DNA of 64,000 nucleotides from a candidate division FCPU426 bacterium (GTDB lineage Bacteria > Oederibacteriota > PGYV01 > Palsa-1178): positions 256,001 to 320,000 of the forward strand of contig CAWIXE010000003.1 in the NCBI GenBank assembly GCA_963840035.1, given 5' to 3'. Shown here piece by piece: positions 28,591 through 38,884 of this stretch. Position 1 is the stretch's first letter, and every line of letters starts with the position of its first letter. The notes beneath the pieces were generated by a model. It was not told where the DNA came from. It searched no databases and saw only the letters and a list, made by a program, of their open reading frames with translations. Made by a program: the position numbers and the translations under genes.

Positions 28591-29202
28591 ATGAAAAAAG
28601 CCATAGCATTATCAGTTGTTTTTGCTTTTGCGTTTGCTTCCATGAGTTTCGCGGCATGGAAGAGCTGGGAAGACTTTAACGTTTATAAAGAAGCAAGGAA
28701 AGCGGCCATGGAAGCGGAAGGGGCCGGAGACACAGTAACAGCAGTAACAAACTATAAAAAGGCCGCGGAATTGGCCGGCAAATCAGCCACAAAAGACATC
28801 CAGGCATGGCAGACTAACAACGCCGCATTTGTACTTATCAAGCAGTTTAAGGCGCTTGTTGCGTATGATGAAAAACTGGCAAAACTCCAGGAAATGAAGC
28901 CTTCCAAGGAAAAGATCGCTTTCCAGAAGGAAATGTCAGACATGTTCTCAATGAAGATGGACCTCTTAGCCGAGGCTAAGGAGCTGCTCGAAGGCGGGAA
29001 AGCAATCGACGGCGGAGTTGAACCCTCAGCAAAAATACAGTCAAACCTTGACTTTATCGCGTGGGTCGACGAGTTCGTAAAAACCGGCGGAAACCCGGCA
29101 CCGGCAGCGACAGCTGTACCGGCGGAAGTAAAAGCTGAAGAAGCAGCGCCTGCAGAAGTAAAGGCCGAAGCTGCGAAACCGGCAGAACCTGTAAAAAAGT
29201 AA
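28591..29202 (+). CDS. Secreted helical hypothetical protein
   Basis: AAGGAGG RBS; signal peptide (SFA-A); Ala/Glu/Pro C-terminal tail. Confidence 0.8.
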   Translation: MKKAIALSVVFAFAFASMSFAAWKSWEDFNVYKEARKAAMEAEGAGDTVTAVTNYKKAAELAGKSATKDIQAWQTNNAAFVLIKQFKALVAYDEKLAKLQEMKPSKEKIAFQKEMSDMFSMKMDLLAEAKELLEGGKAIDGGVEPSAKIQSNLDFIAWVDEFVKTGGNPAPAATAVPAEVKAEEAAPAEVKAEAAKPAEPVKK

Positions 29203-29217
29203 TTATTTAAATATATG

Positions 29218-29250
29218 AAAAAAGGCGGGCCTTTAAGGCCCGCCTTTTTT
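29218..29250 (+). terminator. Intrinsic terminator
   Basis: aaaaaaggcgggcc-ttt-aaggcccgcctttttt. Confidence 0.85.
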
Positions 29251-29272
29251 GTTATGGTATTTTAGAAGAATA

Positions 29273-29352
29273 CCCCCCCTCTCCCTCAGGGAGAGGGGAC
29301 ATTCCGGCTGGTTTCACATCACCCCGGCCCATCTCCTAAGAGGAGAGGGGAG
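29273..29352. repeat. CCCCTCTCCC...GGGAGAGGG palindromic repeat family
   Basis: Related copies at 43820-43860 and 49843-49905. Confidence 0.7.
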
Positions 29353-29468
29353 AAATGTCCTTATTTCAATCTAAAATCCAAAATTTAGAATTCAGAATTA
29401 TGTTTTATATGCTATAATAATCCAAACTTTTCAGGGCTGATTTTATGCCCAAAATTGACGGAGAAAAT

Positions 29469-30098
29469 ATGGAATTTATACCCGTATTAATGCAGATTAC
29501 CATACTTGTTTTCGCGGTTATCATTCATGAGGTTAGCCATGGTTATGTGGCATACATGCTCGGGGATCCGACGGCTAAGGATGAGGGAAGGCTTACTTTG
29601 AACCCGATTCCGCACATAGATCCCATGATGTCCATAATCATACCGGCTTTCCTTATTATAACGAACGCGGGATTCATACTCGGCGGCGCGAAACCTGTGC
29701 CGATAAACCCGAACTACTTTAAGAACCATAAAAGGGATGTCATGCTGACCAGTCTTGCCGGGCCGGGCTCTAACATACTGCTGGCAATAATAAGCGCTGG
29801 TTTACTTAAAGTTGCCCTGCTTTTTCCGGCGATAGATTCGGACGGGCTCCGGACTTTCCTTGCTTTGAGCGTAATGATAAATGTGATGCTGGCTGTTTTT
29901 AATTTAATACCCATACCGCCCCTTGACGGGTCAAAGGTTCTGGCGTATTTTCTTCCCGACAGGCTGGCGTGGAGTTACATGCGGTTTGAACAGTATGGAT
30001 TGATAGTCATTTTAGTTCTTATGGCGACGGGTTTGCTTGGGGTTATAATGAAGCCAATTTACCTTTTTGTGCACTGGATAATGGGACTGCTCGTATAA
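29469..30098 (+). CDS. Site-2 protease (peptidase M50)
   Basis: HEVSH, AGPGSN and NLIPIPPLDG motifs. Confidence 0.92.
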   Translation: MEFIPVLMQITILVFAVIIHEVSHGYVAYMLGDPTAKDEGRLTLNPIPHIDPMMSIIIPAFLIITNAGFILGGAKPVPINPNYFKNHKRDVMLTSLAGPGSNILLAIISAGLLKVALLFPAIDSDGLRTFLALSVMINVMLAVFNLIPIPPLDGSKVLAYFLPDRLAWSYMRFEQYGLIVILVLMATGLLGVIMKPIYLFVHWIMGLLV

Positions 30099-30113
30099 AA
30101 ATCGGAGGATTTG

Positions 30114-31091
30114 ATGGAGAGTTTACTCAGCGGAATGAGGCCCACGGGAAAGCTTCACCTCGGGCACCTGGAAGGCGTATTAAAAAGTTATGTGGAGATG
30201 CAGGATAAATACAGGGCTTTTTACATGGTCGCGGACTGGCATGCCCTTACCACTGACTATGAGAAACCGGGTATGACAAATGAAAACACAATAGAGATGT
30301 TCAAGGACTGGCTCTCAGTGGGAATACTGCCGGAGAAGGCGACATTGTTCGTACAGTCGTCAGTCATAGAGCACGCTGAGCTCTTTTTATTATTGTCAAT
30401 GATGACACCGGTTCCATGGCTTGAGAGGAACCCCACATATAAGGAACAGAAGCAGGAATTATCCACTAAGGACCTTTCCACTTTCGGGTTCCTGGGATAT
30501 CCTGTTTTACAGGCAGCCGACATCCTCATATATAAAGCGCAGGTAGTCCCCATTGGCGAGGATCAAAGGCCCCACCTGGAGCTCGCGCGCGAGATAGCGC
30601 GCAGGTTTAACAACCTTTACGGCGCTTTCTTCCCGGAGCCCAAGGAAATACTCACCAGATACCCGAAACTTCCGGGCTTAGACGGAAGGAAGATGTCAAA
30701 GAGCTATAATAACGCGATATACTTAACTGACGATGAAAAAACAGTGAATGACAAGACGGGACAGATGTTTACGGACCCGGCAAAGATAAGGAAGAACGAC
30801 CCGGGACACCCGGAAAACTGCGTTGTCTGCGCTTTCCATAAGATATATAACGCGGAAAGCTGTGATGGAGTGATGGAAGAATGCAAGGCCGGCACCAGGG
30901 GCTGCGTTGACTGCAAAAAGCAGGTGGCGGTAAAGATAAACGCGAGGCTCGCGCCCATAAGGGAAAAACGCGCGGAAATCGATAAAGACCCGGGCAGGAT
31001 AAAGGATATAATAAGGGAAGGCAATAAGAAGGCAAAAGCAGCGGCGGAAGAGACGATGGGGGATGTAAGGAAGATGATGAAACTGGTTTAG
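30114..31091 (+). CDS. trpS: Tryptophan--tRNA ligase
   Basis: SGMRPTGKLHLGH, YPVLQAADIL, GEDQ and KMSKS motifs. Confidence 0.97.
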   Translation: MESLLSGMRPTGKLHLGHLEGVLKSYVEMQDKYRAFYMVADWHALTTDYEKPGMTNENTIEMFKDWLSVGILPEKATLFVQSSVIEHAELFLLLSMMTPVPWLERNPTYKEQKQELSTKDLSTFGFLGYPVLQAADILIYKAQVVPIGEDQRPHLELAREIARRFNNLYGAFFPEPKEILTRYPKLPGLDGRKMSKSYNNAIYLTDDEKTVNDKTGQMFTDPAKIRKNDPGHPENCVVCAFHKIYNAESCDGVMEECKAGTRGCVDCKKQVAVKINARLAPIREKRAEIDKDPGRIKDIIREGNKKAKAAAEETMGDVRKMMKLV

Positions 31092-31094
31092 AAA

Positions 31095-31190
31095 GTGTGT
31101 AGTGGGTGGTGAGTGGTGTGTGGCGGGAAGTAAGAAGCTAGTCCTGTACTGACTATTGAGACTTATGAGACTATTGAGATCATTGAGACT
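31095..31190 (+). repeat. GT-rich block plus 9-bp (GACTATTGA) tandem repeat
   Basis: gtgtgtagtgggtggtgagtggtgtgtggcggg followed by gactattgagacttatgagactattgagatcattgagac. Confidence 0.6.
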
Positions 31191-31210
31191 TTTTTAAGGA
31201 GCCGGCGTAA

Positions 31211-31960
31211 ATGGCAGACGAAGATTATCAGCTAAAGCTTGCGGTATTTGAAGGGCCTTTTGACCTGCTCTTATACCTCATAAAGAAAAACCAGATAGAC
31301 ATATACGATATTCCCATAGCAAAAATAACAGAGGAATATATAACGTACATAGACATGATGCACAAGCTCTCCCTGGATGTGGCAAGCGAGTTTATCGTTA
31401 TCGCGGCAACGCTTATTTACATAAAGGCAAAAATGCTGCTTCCCAAGGATGAGCTTTTAGAGGCGGACGAAGAGGACCCGAGAAATGAGCTGGTGCAGCA
31501 CCTTGTGGAATATTCCATGTTCAAGGAAATATCCGAAAGGATGAGGATATACGAGGCTAAAAAGAGGGACCTCTTTGAAAGGCTTTACCCGCTTAACGTG
31601 GCAAAAGAGGACCAGGAGCTGGTGCTTGACGTTTACGCGCTTGTGAAAGCCATGGATTCCGTGCTCGAGCGCCTGAATGAAAAGAAGATGATAATCATTC
31701 CCGGCGAGCAGATAAAGGTCAGGGACAGGATGCACGAACTTATAGAAAAACTTAAGGCCGCGAACGAGGCGGTGAGCTTCTTTGACATGTGTTCGGAAAA
31801 TAACTCCAGGCTTTACATCATAGCGCTGTTTCTGGCGCTGCTTGAGCTCTTAAGGCTCAAAGTCATAACCTGCTACCAGGACAAGATATTTGACGACATA
31901 AAAATTTACATCAAAGATAATGAATTTGACACAGCCATTTTACAGAACATAGGTGAATAA
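31211..31960 (+). CDS. scpA: Segregation and condensation protein A
   Basis: FEGPFDLLLYLI...IDIYDIPI and FLALLEL motifs. Confidence 0.95.
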   Translation: MADEDYQLKLAVFEGPFDLLLYLIKKNQIDIYDIPIAKITEEYITYIDMMHKLSLDVASEFIVIAATLIYIKAKMLLPKDELLEADEEDPRNELVQHLVEYSMFKEISERMRIYEAKKRDLFERLYPLNVAKEDQELVLDVYALVKAMDSVLERLNEKKMIIIPGEQIKVRDRMHELIEKLKAANEAVSFFDMCSENNSRLYIIALFLALLELLRLKVITCYQDKIFDDIKIYIKDNEFDTAILQNIGE

Positions 31961-32865
31961 AATGAAAAAAGAGGATATGGACAGGACGCTTCAGGCCCTG
32001 CTTTTTACTTCTGATAAACCGGTGCCGGCTTCAGTGCTGGCCGGCGTGCTTGAATCAGGGGCCAAAGAAATACAGGAAACAGTAGAGCGGGTGAATGCCC
32101 ATCTGCGCGATACCGGCTCGCCGGTGATGATAAAGGAAATCGCGGGAGGTTATGAATTTTTAACCCTTCCCGAGTTCGCGCCTTACATTAAAAAACTTTA
32201 CAAGAACCGGTACTTAACCAGGCTGTCCAGGGCAGCCCTTGAAGTGCTCGCCATAATCGCTTACAAACAGCCAATCACCAAGCAGGAAGTGGAATCCATC
32301 AGGGGCGTAAACTCCGACGGCGTTTATCATACCCTGCTTGAAAGAAAACTGGTAAGGATAGCCGGAAGAAAGGAAGCTCCGGGCAGGCCGCTGCTATACG
32401 GCACGACCAAGGAGTTCCTGCAGTACCTTGGCATAAATTCAATGGAAGACCTCCCGAAGATAGAGGAGATTAAATCCATACTCGAAAAGGATGAATTTAC
32501 CGAAAGCTGGGAAGACAGGATAGAGACGGCTAAGAACCAGACCGTCTTTGAATTCAATCAGGAGCAGGGACAGCAGGCGCCTGCCGCCCGCGTGACCAGC
32601 CTGGAAGAGGATTTAACCGCGCTTCAAAATGAACCTAAGGAAGAAACCGCAGGCAGCCCCGGAACAAGGGGAAGCAAAAGGTGAAGATACGGAAGATGAC
32701 GAAGAAGATGATGAACTGAAAAAAACCGCTGAAGATGAAGACGGGTCAAAAGACGATGAAGATGACGACGAAGATGAGGATGATGAAGACGACGAGGACG
32801 AGGACGAAGAGGACGACGAAGAGGAAGATGAGGACGAAGAAGAAGAGGATGAAAATGAAAAATAA
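31953..32865 (+). CDS. scpB: Segregation and condensation protein B; acidic C-terminal tail frameshifted at about 32645
   Basis: LSRAALEVLAIIAYKQPIT, IRGVNS and GRPLLYGTTKEFL. The main frame stops at 32684; the poly-D/E tail is in the next frame and ends at 32865, overlapping the rluB start. Confidence 0.88.
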
Positions 32866-34069
32866 CAACAGGACACACAGCGCGAACCGCAAGTGGGGGG
32901 AAGCGCGTGTAAATGACCGCAAAGCCAGGGAAACAAAAGGGGAGGACAAGCCCCGGGGCGAATGGCATAAAAAAGATGACGCGCGTCAGGGCGCCAAACC
33001 CGCTTGGGGAAATAAAGGCGGGAAACCCGCGGGAAAGCACGGGCAAAAACCTTACGGCACAAAATCCAAATTCGGGGATAAGGCATTTAAGTATTCACCG
33101 CGGAGTTCCAATGCCGAAGCGGGATACCCGTCCGTTAAAAAAGATGAACCGGGGGCAGGTTCCAAATGGCAAAAGCATCAGCCGGTAAAAAAATCAAATT
33201 ACAGGCCGAAGCCTGAACATATAAAAACTTCGCCGATCCCGAAATGGGCCGGCAGCGACCGTAAGCTCGATATCCCCAACCTCCCGAAGGGTATTGACCC
33301 GGATTTTAGTACGGACAACCTGGAAAACCCTGCGGGAATGAAACTCCAGCAGTACATCGCCCACGCCGGCATAGCCTCCAGGAGGAAAGCTGAAGACTAC
33401 ATACGCCAGGGCAGGATAACCGTAAACGGGATAACAATCACAGACGTGACGGCGAGGGTGAATGAAAAGTCCGACCATGTGAAGGTTGACGGGCACCTCG
33501 TAAAGACGGAAAAAAAGGTTTATATAGTGATGAATAAGCCCGAGGGCGTCATTACATCCGTAACAGACGACAAGGGAAGGCAGACTGTAGTGGACCTGCT
33601 CGCGGATAAGATAAAACAGCGCATATACCCGGTGGGAAGGCTTGACTTTAACACCACTGGCGCGCTTATCCTGACAAATGACGGAAATTTCGCGAACCTT
33701 ATAATGCACCCGAAGTTTGAAATACCAAAGAGGTACGTGGCAAAAATAAAGGGCAGGATCGCGCCATACGCTATAAACAGGCTGAAGAAAGGGCTCAAGA
33801 TTGTAAATGAGGATGAGACCGAAGGCAGGTTCATACAGGCGTCGGACGCGGGTATATATAAGAGAAACGACGCGAACGACCTCGTGTATATAACCATAAA
33901 GGAAGGCATAAACCACCAGGTCAAAAGGATGCTTGAAGCCGTAGGCGCCTCGGTCATACGCTTAAAAAGGGAAAACATCGGGCCTGTCACATGCAGCAGG
34001 ATGGAGCCGGGACAGTGGCGCTATATGATGGAAAGCGAGATAAATTATTTTTACAGGGGGAAAAAATGA
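32855..34069 (+). CDS. rluB: 23S rRNA pseudouridine synthase (RluB/RsuA family) with basic N-terminal extension
   Basis: S4 domain (KLQQYIAHAGIASRRKAE), PVGRLDFNTTG and EGINHQVKRM; follows scpB. Confidence 0.85.
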   Translation: MKNNNRTHSANRKWGEARVNDRKARETKGEDKPRGEWHKKDDARQGAKPAWGNKGGKPAGKHGQKPYGTKSKFGDKAFKYSPRSSNAEAGYPSVKKDEPGAGSKWQKHQPVKKSNYRPKPEHIKTSPIPKWAGSDRKLDIPNLPKGIDPDFSTDNLENPAGMKLQQYIAHAGIASRRKAEDYIRQGRITVNGITITDVTARVNEKSDHVKVDGHLVKTEKKVYIVMNKPEGVITSVTDDKGRQTVVDLLADKIKQRIYPVGRLDFNTTGALILTNDGNFANLIMHPKFEIPKRYVAKIKGRIAPYAINRLKKGLKIVNEDETEGRFIQASDAGIYKRNDANDLVYITIKEGINHQVKRMLEAVGASVIRLKRENIGPVTCSRMEPGQWRYMMESEINYFYRGKK

Positions 34070-35130
34070 AGAACCTAAGCCCTTACAGGAAAGCCATTGA
34101 CACTATAGACAGGCAGATAGTAACCCTGCTGCAGAAGCGGGCGGATAACTCGAAGCATATCGCCGACGTAAAGAACCTGCTGGGGCAGGAAGTATATGAC
34201 CCGGCCAGGGAAGCGGAAGTGCTGCGTAACGTGAAAAAGGTCAAAAAAGGGCGGCTTTCGCCTGAGGCCATTGCGGCCATTTACAATGAAATATTTTCGG
34301 CAAGCCGCGCCATACAGAAAAAAATCAGCGTGGCATACCTCGGGCCCGTGGCATCATACTCGCACTTAGCGGCAATTCCCAGGTTCGGAAAGTCCACTGA
34401 ATACGTACCGGTGGATTCCATCAGGGATGTCTTTATGGCTGTTGAAAAGTCCAACGCCGACTACGGCTGCGTACCGATAGAGAACTCCACCGAAGGCGGG
34501 GTTAATTATACCTATGATATGTTCGCGGATTCGGACTTAAAGATATGTTCGGAAATACTCCTGGAGATAAAGCATAACCTCCTTTCTAACGCGAAAAAAC
34601 TAAAGGACATTAAGACCCTGTACGTGCACCCGCAGACGCGCGCGCAGTGCAGGAGCTGGATAGAGACAAACCTGCCGGACGCCGAGTTAACCGAAGTTTC
34701 CAGCAACTCGAAATCGGCCATGATGGCGGCCAAGGATGACTCGTCAGCCGGCATAGCCAGCGAACTGGCAGCGGAAGAATACGGGATAAATATCTTTGCC
34801 CGCGCCATACAGGACTCGGCAGACAACTACACAAGGTTTTTCATTATAGGAAACCAGAAGAACAGAAAGTCAGGGGACGACAAGACCTCGATTATGGTCT
34901 CTATTAAGGATAAAGTGGGCGCGCTCTACAGCCTGCTGAAACCTTTCCAGAAATACGGAGTCAACCTGACAAACATAGAATCAAGGCCGTCAAAGAAAAA
35001 AGCGTGGGACTATCTTTTCTTTGTGGATTTTTTAGGGCATATAGACGACCCGAAAGTGAAGAAGGCTGTATCTGAAGTGGAAAAGAGCTGCGGAGCGGTT
35101 AAAATTTTGGGGTCTTACCCAAAATTTTAG
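34066..35130 (+). CDS. pheA: Chorismate mutase/prephenate dehydratase
   Basis: RKAIDTID, PIENSTEG, NYTRF and IESRP (ACT domain). Confidence 0.95.
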   Translation: MKNLSPYRKAIDTIDRQIVTLLQKRADNSKHIADVKNLLGQEVYDPAREAEVLRNVKKVKKGRLSPEAIAAIYNEIFSASRAIQKKISVAYLGPVASYSHLAAIPRFGKSTEYVPVDSIRDVFMAVEKSNADYGCVPIENSTEGGVNYTYDMFADSDLKICSEILLEIKHNLLSNAKKLKDIKTLYVHPQTRAQCRSWIETNLPDAELTEVSSNSKSAMMAAKDDSSAGIASELAAEEYGINIFARAIQDSADNYTRFFIIGNQKNRKSGDDKTSIMVSIKDKVGALYSLLKPFQKYGVNLTNIESRPSKKKAWDYLFFVDFLGHIDDPKVKKAVSEVEKSCGAVKILGSYPKF

Positions 35131-35138
35131 AGGGATGG

Positions 35139-35238
35139 CGAGACAAGAGATAGGAGATAGGAAGGAGAACTAAACAAAGAGACAAGAGACAAGAGACAAG
35201 AGGGTGTTTGTTTCCTCCTGTCTCCAGTCTCCTGTCTC
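35139..35238. repeat. 7-bp (GAGACAA/GAGATAG) tandem repeats with inverted (CTCCTGT) block
   Basis: gagacaagagataggagatagg...gagacaagagacaagagacaag...ctcctgtctccagtctcctgtctc; related block at 9743-9798. Confidence 0.7.
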
Positions 35239-35286
35239 GCATTTACTCTACGCCGGTTTTAACCGGCAAACTTAAGGAGCACTTAC

Positions 35287-36312
35287 ATGGCAAAATCAGA
35301 CATGTACAAAAGCGCGGGCGTTGACATAGACGCAGCAGCAGGGGCGCTGAAAAAGGCAAAGGCATTCATAAAATCGACCTTCAACAAGAATGTCGCCACC
35401 GACATAGGTTCTTTCGGCGGGGTATATAAGATATCAAAGGACAAGTTCCTCGTGGCCTCGACCGACGGAGTCGGTACGAAACTGAAGATTGCCCAGCAGC
35501 TGAACATACACACAACGGTCGGACAGGACATAGTAAATCACTGCACCAACGACATACTTGTCATGGGCGCAAAGCCCTTATTTTTCCTTGATTATTTCGG
35601 GACAGGAAAGCTTGAGGCAAATGTGCTGGTGGATGTCATAGCAGGCATGTCAAAGGCCTGCAGGGAAAACAGCTGCGTTTTAATAGGCGGCGAGACAGCG
35701 GAAATGCCGGGCATGTATAAGCCGGGGGATTATGACCTGGTTGGCACGATAATAGGCGAGATAAATAACGGAAAGATAATAACCGGGGATAAGGTCAAAC
35801 CCGGCGACATAATACTCGGGTTAGGTTCGGTGGGTCTCCACACCAACGGATTCTCGCTCGCGAGAAAAGTATTTGAATCGGCAAAGATGCCCTATACAAA
35901 GCAAGTAAAGGAATTAAAAGGCACGCTGGGGCAGGCGCTGTTAAAGCCGCACAGGTCATATTTAAATTCCATGTTTCCGGCCATAGAAAAATACTTCTCC
36001 TCCATCCACGGCATAGCGCACTTAACCGGCGGCGGATTTTATGACAATATTAACAGGGTGCTTCCTTCAAACTGCGACGCGGTATGCATACGCGGACTGT
36101 GGGATGTATTGCCCATATTTGACCTGATACAGCAGGTCGGCAGCATTGAGTGGAAGGAAATGCACAGGGTCTTTAACATGGGCATCGGGCTGACAGTGAT
36201 AGTGGACCCGAAAAAAGCAAGGGAAATAGGGAACTTCCTCGCGAAAAAAGGGGAAAAGGTTTATGGGATAGGGCAGGTAGTCAAAGGCAAAGGCGAAGTT
36301 ATCGTAGAATAA
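35287..36312 (+). CDS. purM: Phosphoribosylaminoimidazole (AIR) synthetase
   Basis: YKSAGVDI, STDGVGTK, GGETAEMP, HTNGFSL and FNMGIG motifs. Confidence 0.97.
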   Translation: MAKSDMYKSAGVDIDAAAGALKKAKAFIKSTFNKNVATDIGSFGGVYKISKDKFLVASTDGVGTKLKIAQQLNIHTTVGQDIVNHCTNDILVMGAKPLFFLDYFGTGKLEANVLVDVIAGMSKACRENSCVLIGGETAEMPGMYKPGDYDLVGTIIGEINNGKIITGDKVKPGDIILGLGSVGLHTNGFSLARKVFESAKMPYTKQVKELKGTLGQALLKPHRSYLNSMFPAIEKYFSSIHGIAHLTGGGFYDNINRVLPSNCDAVCIRGLWDVLPIFDLIQQVGSIEWKEMHRVFNMGIGLTVIVDPKKAREIGNFLAKKGEKVYGIGQVVKGKGEVIVE

Positions 36313-36335
36313 GTTTTTTCGTGAAAAGCAGGGCT

Positions 36336-36413
36336 GCACCCGCCACGGGATAGTTTCCATTATGGATTGCGCAGTAGCGCAGGCCATAATGGAAACTATC
36401 CCGCAGCGGGTGC
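36336..36413. repeat. Long perfect hairpin (20-bp stem) inside a GCACCCGC...GCGGGTGC palindrome
   Basis: cgggatagtttccattatgg (36346-36365) / ccataatggaaactatcccg (36384-36403). Confidence 0.8.
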
Positions 36414-36519
36414 TATGAAAGTAACATGAAAAAATAGTTGGGTACTGTATCTGCCGTTTTGTGGGATGGTTGAGGCAAGGAAGGTATGATATAATATATA
36501 AAAAATCAGGAGGTGGGAT

Positions 36520-37080
36520 ATGGCCAGCGAATGGATAATATTTTTATCGGCAATGGGCGCGTTCGTTCTTTTGATCATTTACATTTACAACAGACTTATC
36601 ATGTACAAGATGAGGTCAAAGGAAGCTTGGGCCCAGATAGATGTGCAGCTTAAGAAAAGGGCTGACATGATACCGAACCTCGTGGAGACAGTCAAAGGCT
36701 ATGCCGCGCATGAAAAAGGCGTGCTTGAAAATGTCACAAAAGCGCGCGCTATGCTGCAGGACGCTCCTGCCGGCAATACAGCCAAAATAGCCGAGGCGAA
36801 CAATATGCTCACAGGCGCTCTAAAATCCCTGTTTGCAGTAACTGAGAACTACCCCAACCTCAAGGCAGACCAGAGTTTTAAGGCGCTGCAGGATGAAATA
36901 GCCGCGACAGAATCCAGAATCGCGTACGCCAGGCAGTTTTTCAATGAATGCATAATGGTATATAACCAGTATCAGCAGGTATTTCCCGCGGTAATGTTTG
37001 CCGCGCTCTTTGGGCACAAACAGGCTGAGTTCTTCCAGGCGGAAGAGGCTGACAGGAAAGTACCGGAAGTAAAGTTCTAA
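36520..37080 (+). CDS. lemA: LemA family protein
   Basis: YNRL...AWAQIDVQLKKRADMIPNLV and ENYPNLKA motifs. Confidence 0.93.
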   Translation: MASEWIIFLSAMGAFVLLIIYIYNRLIMYKMRSKEAWAQIDVQLKKRADMIPNLVETVKGYAAHEKGVLENVTKARAMLQDAPAGNTAKIAEANNMLTGALKSLFAVTENYPNLKADQSFKALQDEIAATESRIAYARQFFNECIMVYNQYQQVFPAVMFAALFGHKQAEFFQAEEADRKVPEVKF

Positions 37081-37183
37081 AATAAAGCCCGGAGCCCAAA
37101 GCCCAGAGCCCAAGGTTGAAAACGTAACTTGGGATATGAGCTTTGGGCTTTTTTTCAAGCACGGGCTAAAACACGAGGTTTTA

Positions 37184-38080
37184 ATGGTCTACGAGTCCAT
37201 ATCCGAGAACAAGCGCAACACTTTTTTCCTCATGCTTATATTTATCCTCGTTATTGTCGGATTGGGATATTTGATCGGCGAGCTTTACGGCAACCCTTAC
37301 GCGGGCATTGTCATTTCATTCCTTGTATCGGTTTTTTCGGTGTACTTCTCATATTATTACAGCGATTCCATAATCATGACTTTAAGTGGGGCGTCTCCCG
37401 CTGACAGGGCCATGCATGGAAACCTTATAAATTCCGTGGAGGGGCTCGCGCTGGCCGCCGGCATCAGGACTCCGCTGGTGTATGTCGTAGACAGCGAGAT
37501 GATAAACGCCTTTGCCACAGGCAGGGATCCAAACCACGCGGCTATAGCCGTCACCACCGGGGCGTATGTAAAACTTAACAAGCAGGAGTTGGAAGCTGTG
37601 GTGGCGCATGAAATGAGCCACATAAAAAATTACGACATATTAGTCGGGTCTGTGGCTGCCGTGCTTGTGGGCACCATAGTGATACTATCCGACGTCATAA
37701 AAAGGAACATGTTCCGCAGTTCCATGGGAAGGGCTGAGGCCAGGCGCGGGATTGTGTTTGTGTTAATAGCTGTTTTAGCCGCGCTTTTAGCGCCGCTTGT
37801 GGCCATGATAATTAATTACGCTGTTTCAAGGCAGCGGGAATTCCTGGCGGACGCGCAGGCATGCCTTCTGACGAGGTACCCGCCGGCCATGATAGACGCC
37901 CTCATAAAGATTAAAAAAGACAATGCCCCGGCTGAAGCGTTTAATAAGGGGATTGAACACATGTATTTTACAATTCCAGCAGCCATGAGGAATGACATGC
38001 TTTTCTCGACACACCCGCCATTAGACGCCAGGATCGCAAGGATACAGGGGATGGATAAGGTTAATACTGCAGGTAATTGA
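37184..38080 (+). CDS. htpX: M48 zinc metalloprotease HtpX
   Basis: NAFATG, AHEMSH, SRQREFLAD and FSTHPP; follows lemA. Confidence 0.92.
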   Translation: MVYESISENKRNTFFLMLIFILVIVGLGYLIGELYGNPYAGIVISFLVSVFSVYFSYYYSDSIIMTLSGASPADRAMHGNLINSVEGLALAAGIRTPLVYVVDSEMINAFATGRDPNHAAIAVTTGAYVKLNKQELEAVVAHEMSHIKNYDILVGSVAAVLVGTIVILSDVIKRNMFRSSMGRAEARRGIVFVLIAVLAALLAPLVAMIINYAVSRQREFLADAQACLLTRYPPAMIDALIKIKKDNAPAEAFNKGIEHMYFTIPAAMRNDMLFSTHPPLDARIARIQGMDKVNTAGN

Positions 38081-38229
38081 CAATTAAATAACCGCAACTT
38101 TTCACCCTTCCAACTGTCTTAATACCGGAGATGGATAAAGGCTGTTATAAAAAAGATCCCTCACCTTTGATATATGGCCTTTGTTTTCATCTCCTTTTTA
38201 TCTTTACTTCTGAAAAACCTCATTATTTA

Positions 38230-38257
38230 TTGACAAGCAGGTATTTTGTGGTATAAT
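38230..38257 (+). promoter_or_regulatory. Sigma70-type promoter
   Basis: TTGACA-N16-TATAAT with extended -10 TG. Confidence 0.55.
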
Positions 38258-38357
38258 ATCACTAAGAAGGTGATATACTAAAGATGTTGATAAATATGGA
38301 AGAATGGTTTATAGTAAAAACACCAAAGGCTTACATGCCTAATAAACGGAGGATTTT

Positions 38358-38585
38358 ATGTTAAAGGAAAAAGTAGCGGCAGTGATAGAGGATTTAAGGA
38401 AGTTTCTCCAGGCTGACGGCGGGGATATAGAGCTTGTGAATGTGGATGAAAAATCAGGCGAAGTACAGGTAAGGCTCCAGGGAGCCTGCGCAGGATGCCC
38501 CATGGCCCAGATAACCCTGACACAGGGAGTGGAAGCGAAGATTAAAGAAGAGTTGCCGGAAGTTAAGAAGGTTGTGGCAGTATAA
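38358..38585 (+). CDS. NifU/Nfu-domain Fe-S scaffold protein
   Basis: LQADGGDIELV...LQGACAGC (CxxC). Confidence 0.92.
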   Translation: MLKEKVAAVIEDLRKFLQADGGDIELVNVDEKSGEVQVRLQGACAGCPMAQITLTQGVEAKIKEELPEVKKVVAV

Positions 38586-38669
38586 GGCATTTTCAATTTG
38601 AAATTTTCAATTTTCAATTAATGGCTTAAAAGCTTTAAATTGAAAATTCAAAATTGAAAATATCAAATT

Positions 38670-38834
38670 ATGTATTCTTCCTTCTGCCAACACGAGAACA
38701 AAGAGAATTGCGTGCTTTTAAAGAAGCCCTGCGTGCCCGGGCAAAAAGGGTGCGTTATAGTCAGGGCCGGTTATAAGACGGTGGAGTTTGAGTCAAAAGT
38801 AAAAGGCCGGAAGAAAAAACGGCCTGAACGATAA
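38670..38834 (+). CDS. Small Cys-rich protein (54 aa), not in the ORF track
   Basis: MYSSFCQHENKENCVLLKKPCVPGQKGCVIVRAG...; ends exactly at a terminator; no obvious RBS. Confidence 0.55.
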   Translation: MYSSFCQHENKENCVLLKKPCVPGQKGCVIVRAGYKTVEFESKVKGRKKKRPER

Positions 38835-38875
38835 AAAACAAAAGCGCGGATCATTGATCCGCGCTTTTGTTTTTG
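38835..38875. terminator. Bidirectional terminator
   Basis: aaaacaaaagcgcggatca-t-tgatccgcgcttttgtttt. Confidence 0.85.
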
Positions 38876-38884
38876 TCAATTGTG

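Noticed and set aside
32613..33086. Minus-strand poly-Ser ORF and poly-Arg/Thr/Met frames
   Set aside because: Shadows of the GAY/GAR acidic tract.
38094..38121. GCAAC-N16-TGTCTT as another ECF promoter
   Set aside because: Spacing and -10 deviate from the other copies, and no clear downstream gene depends on it.
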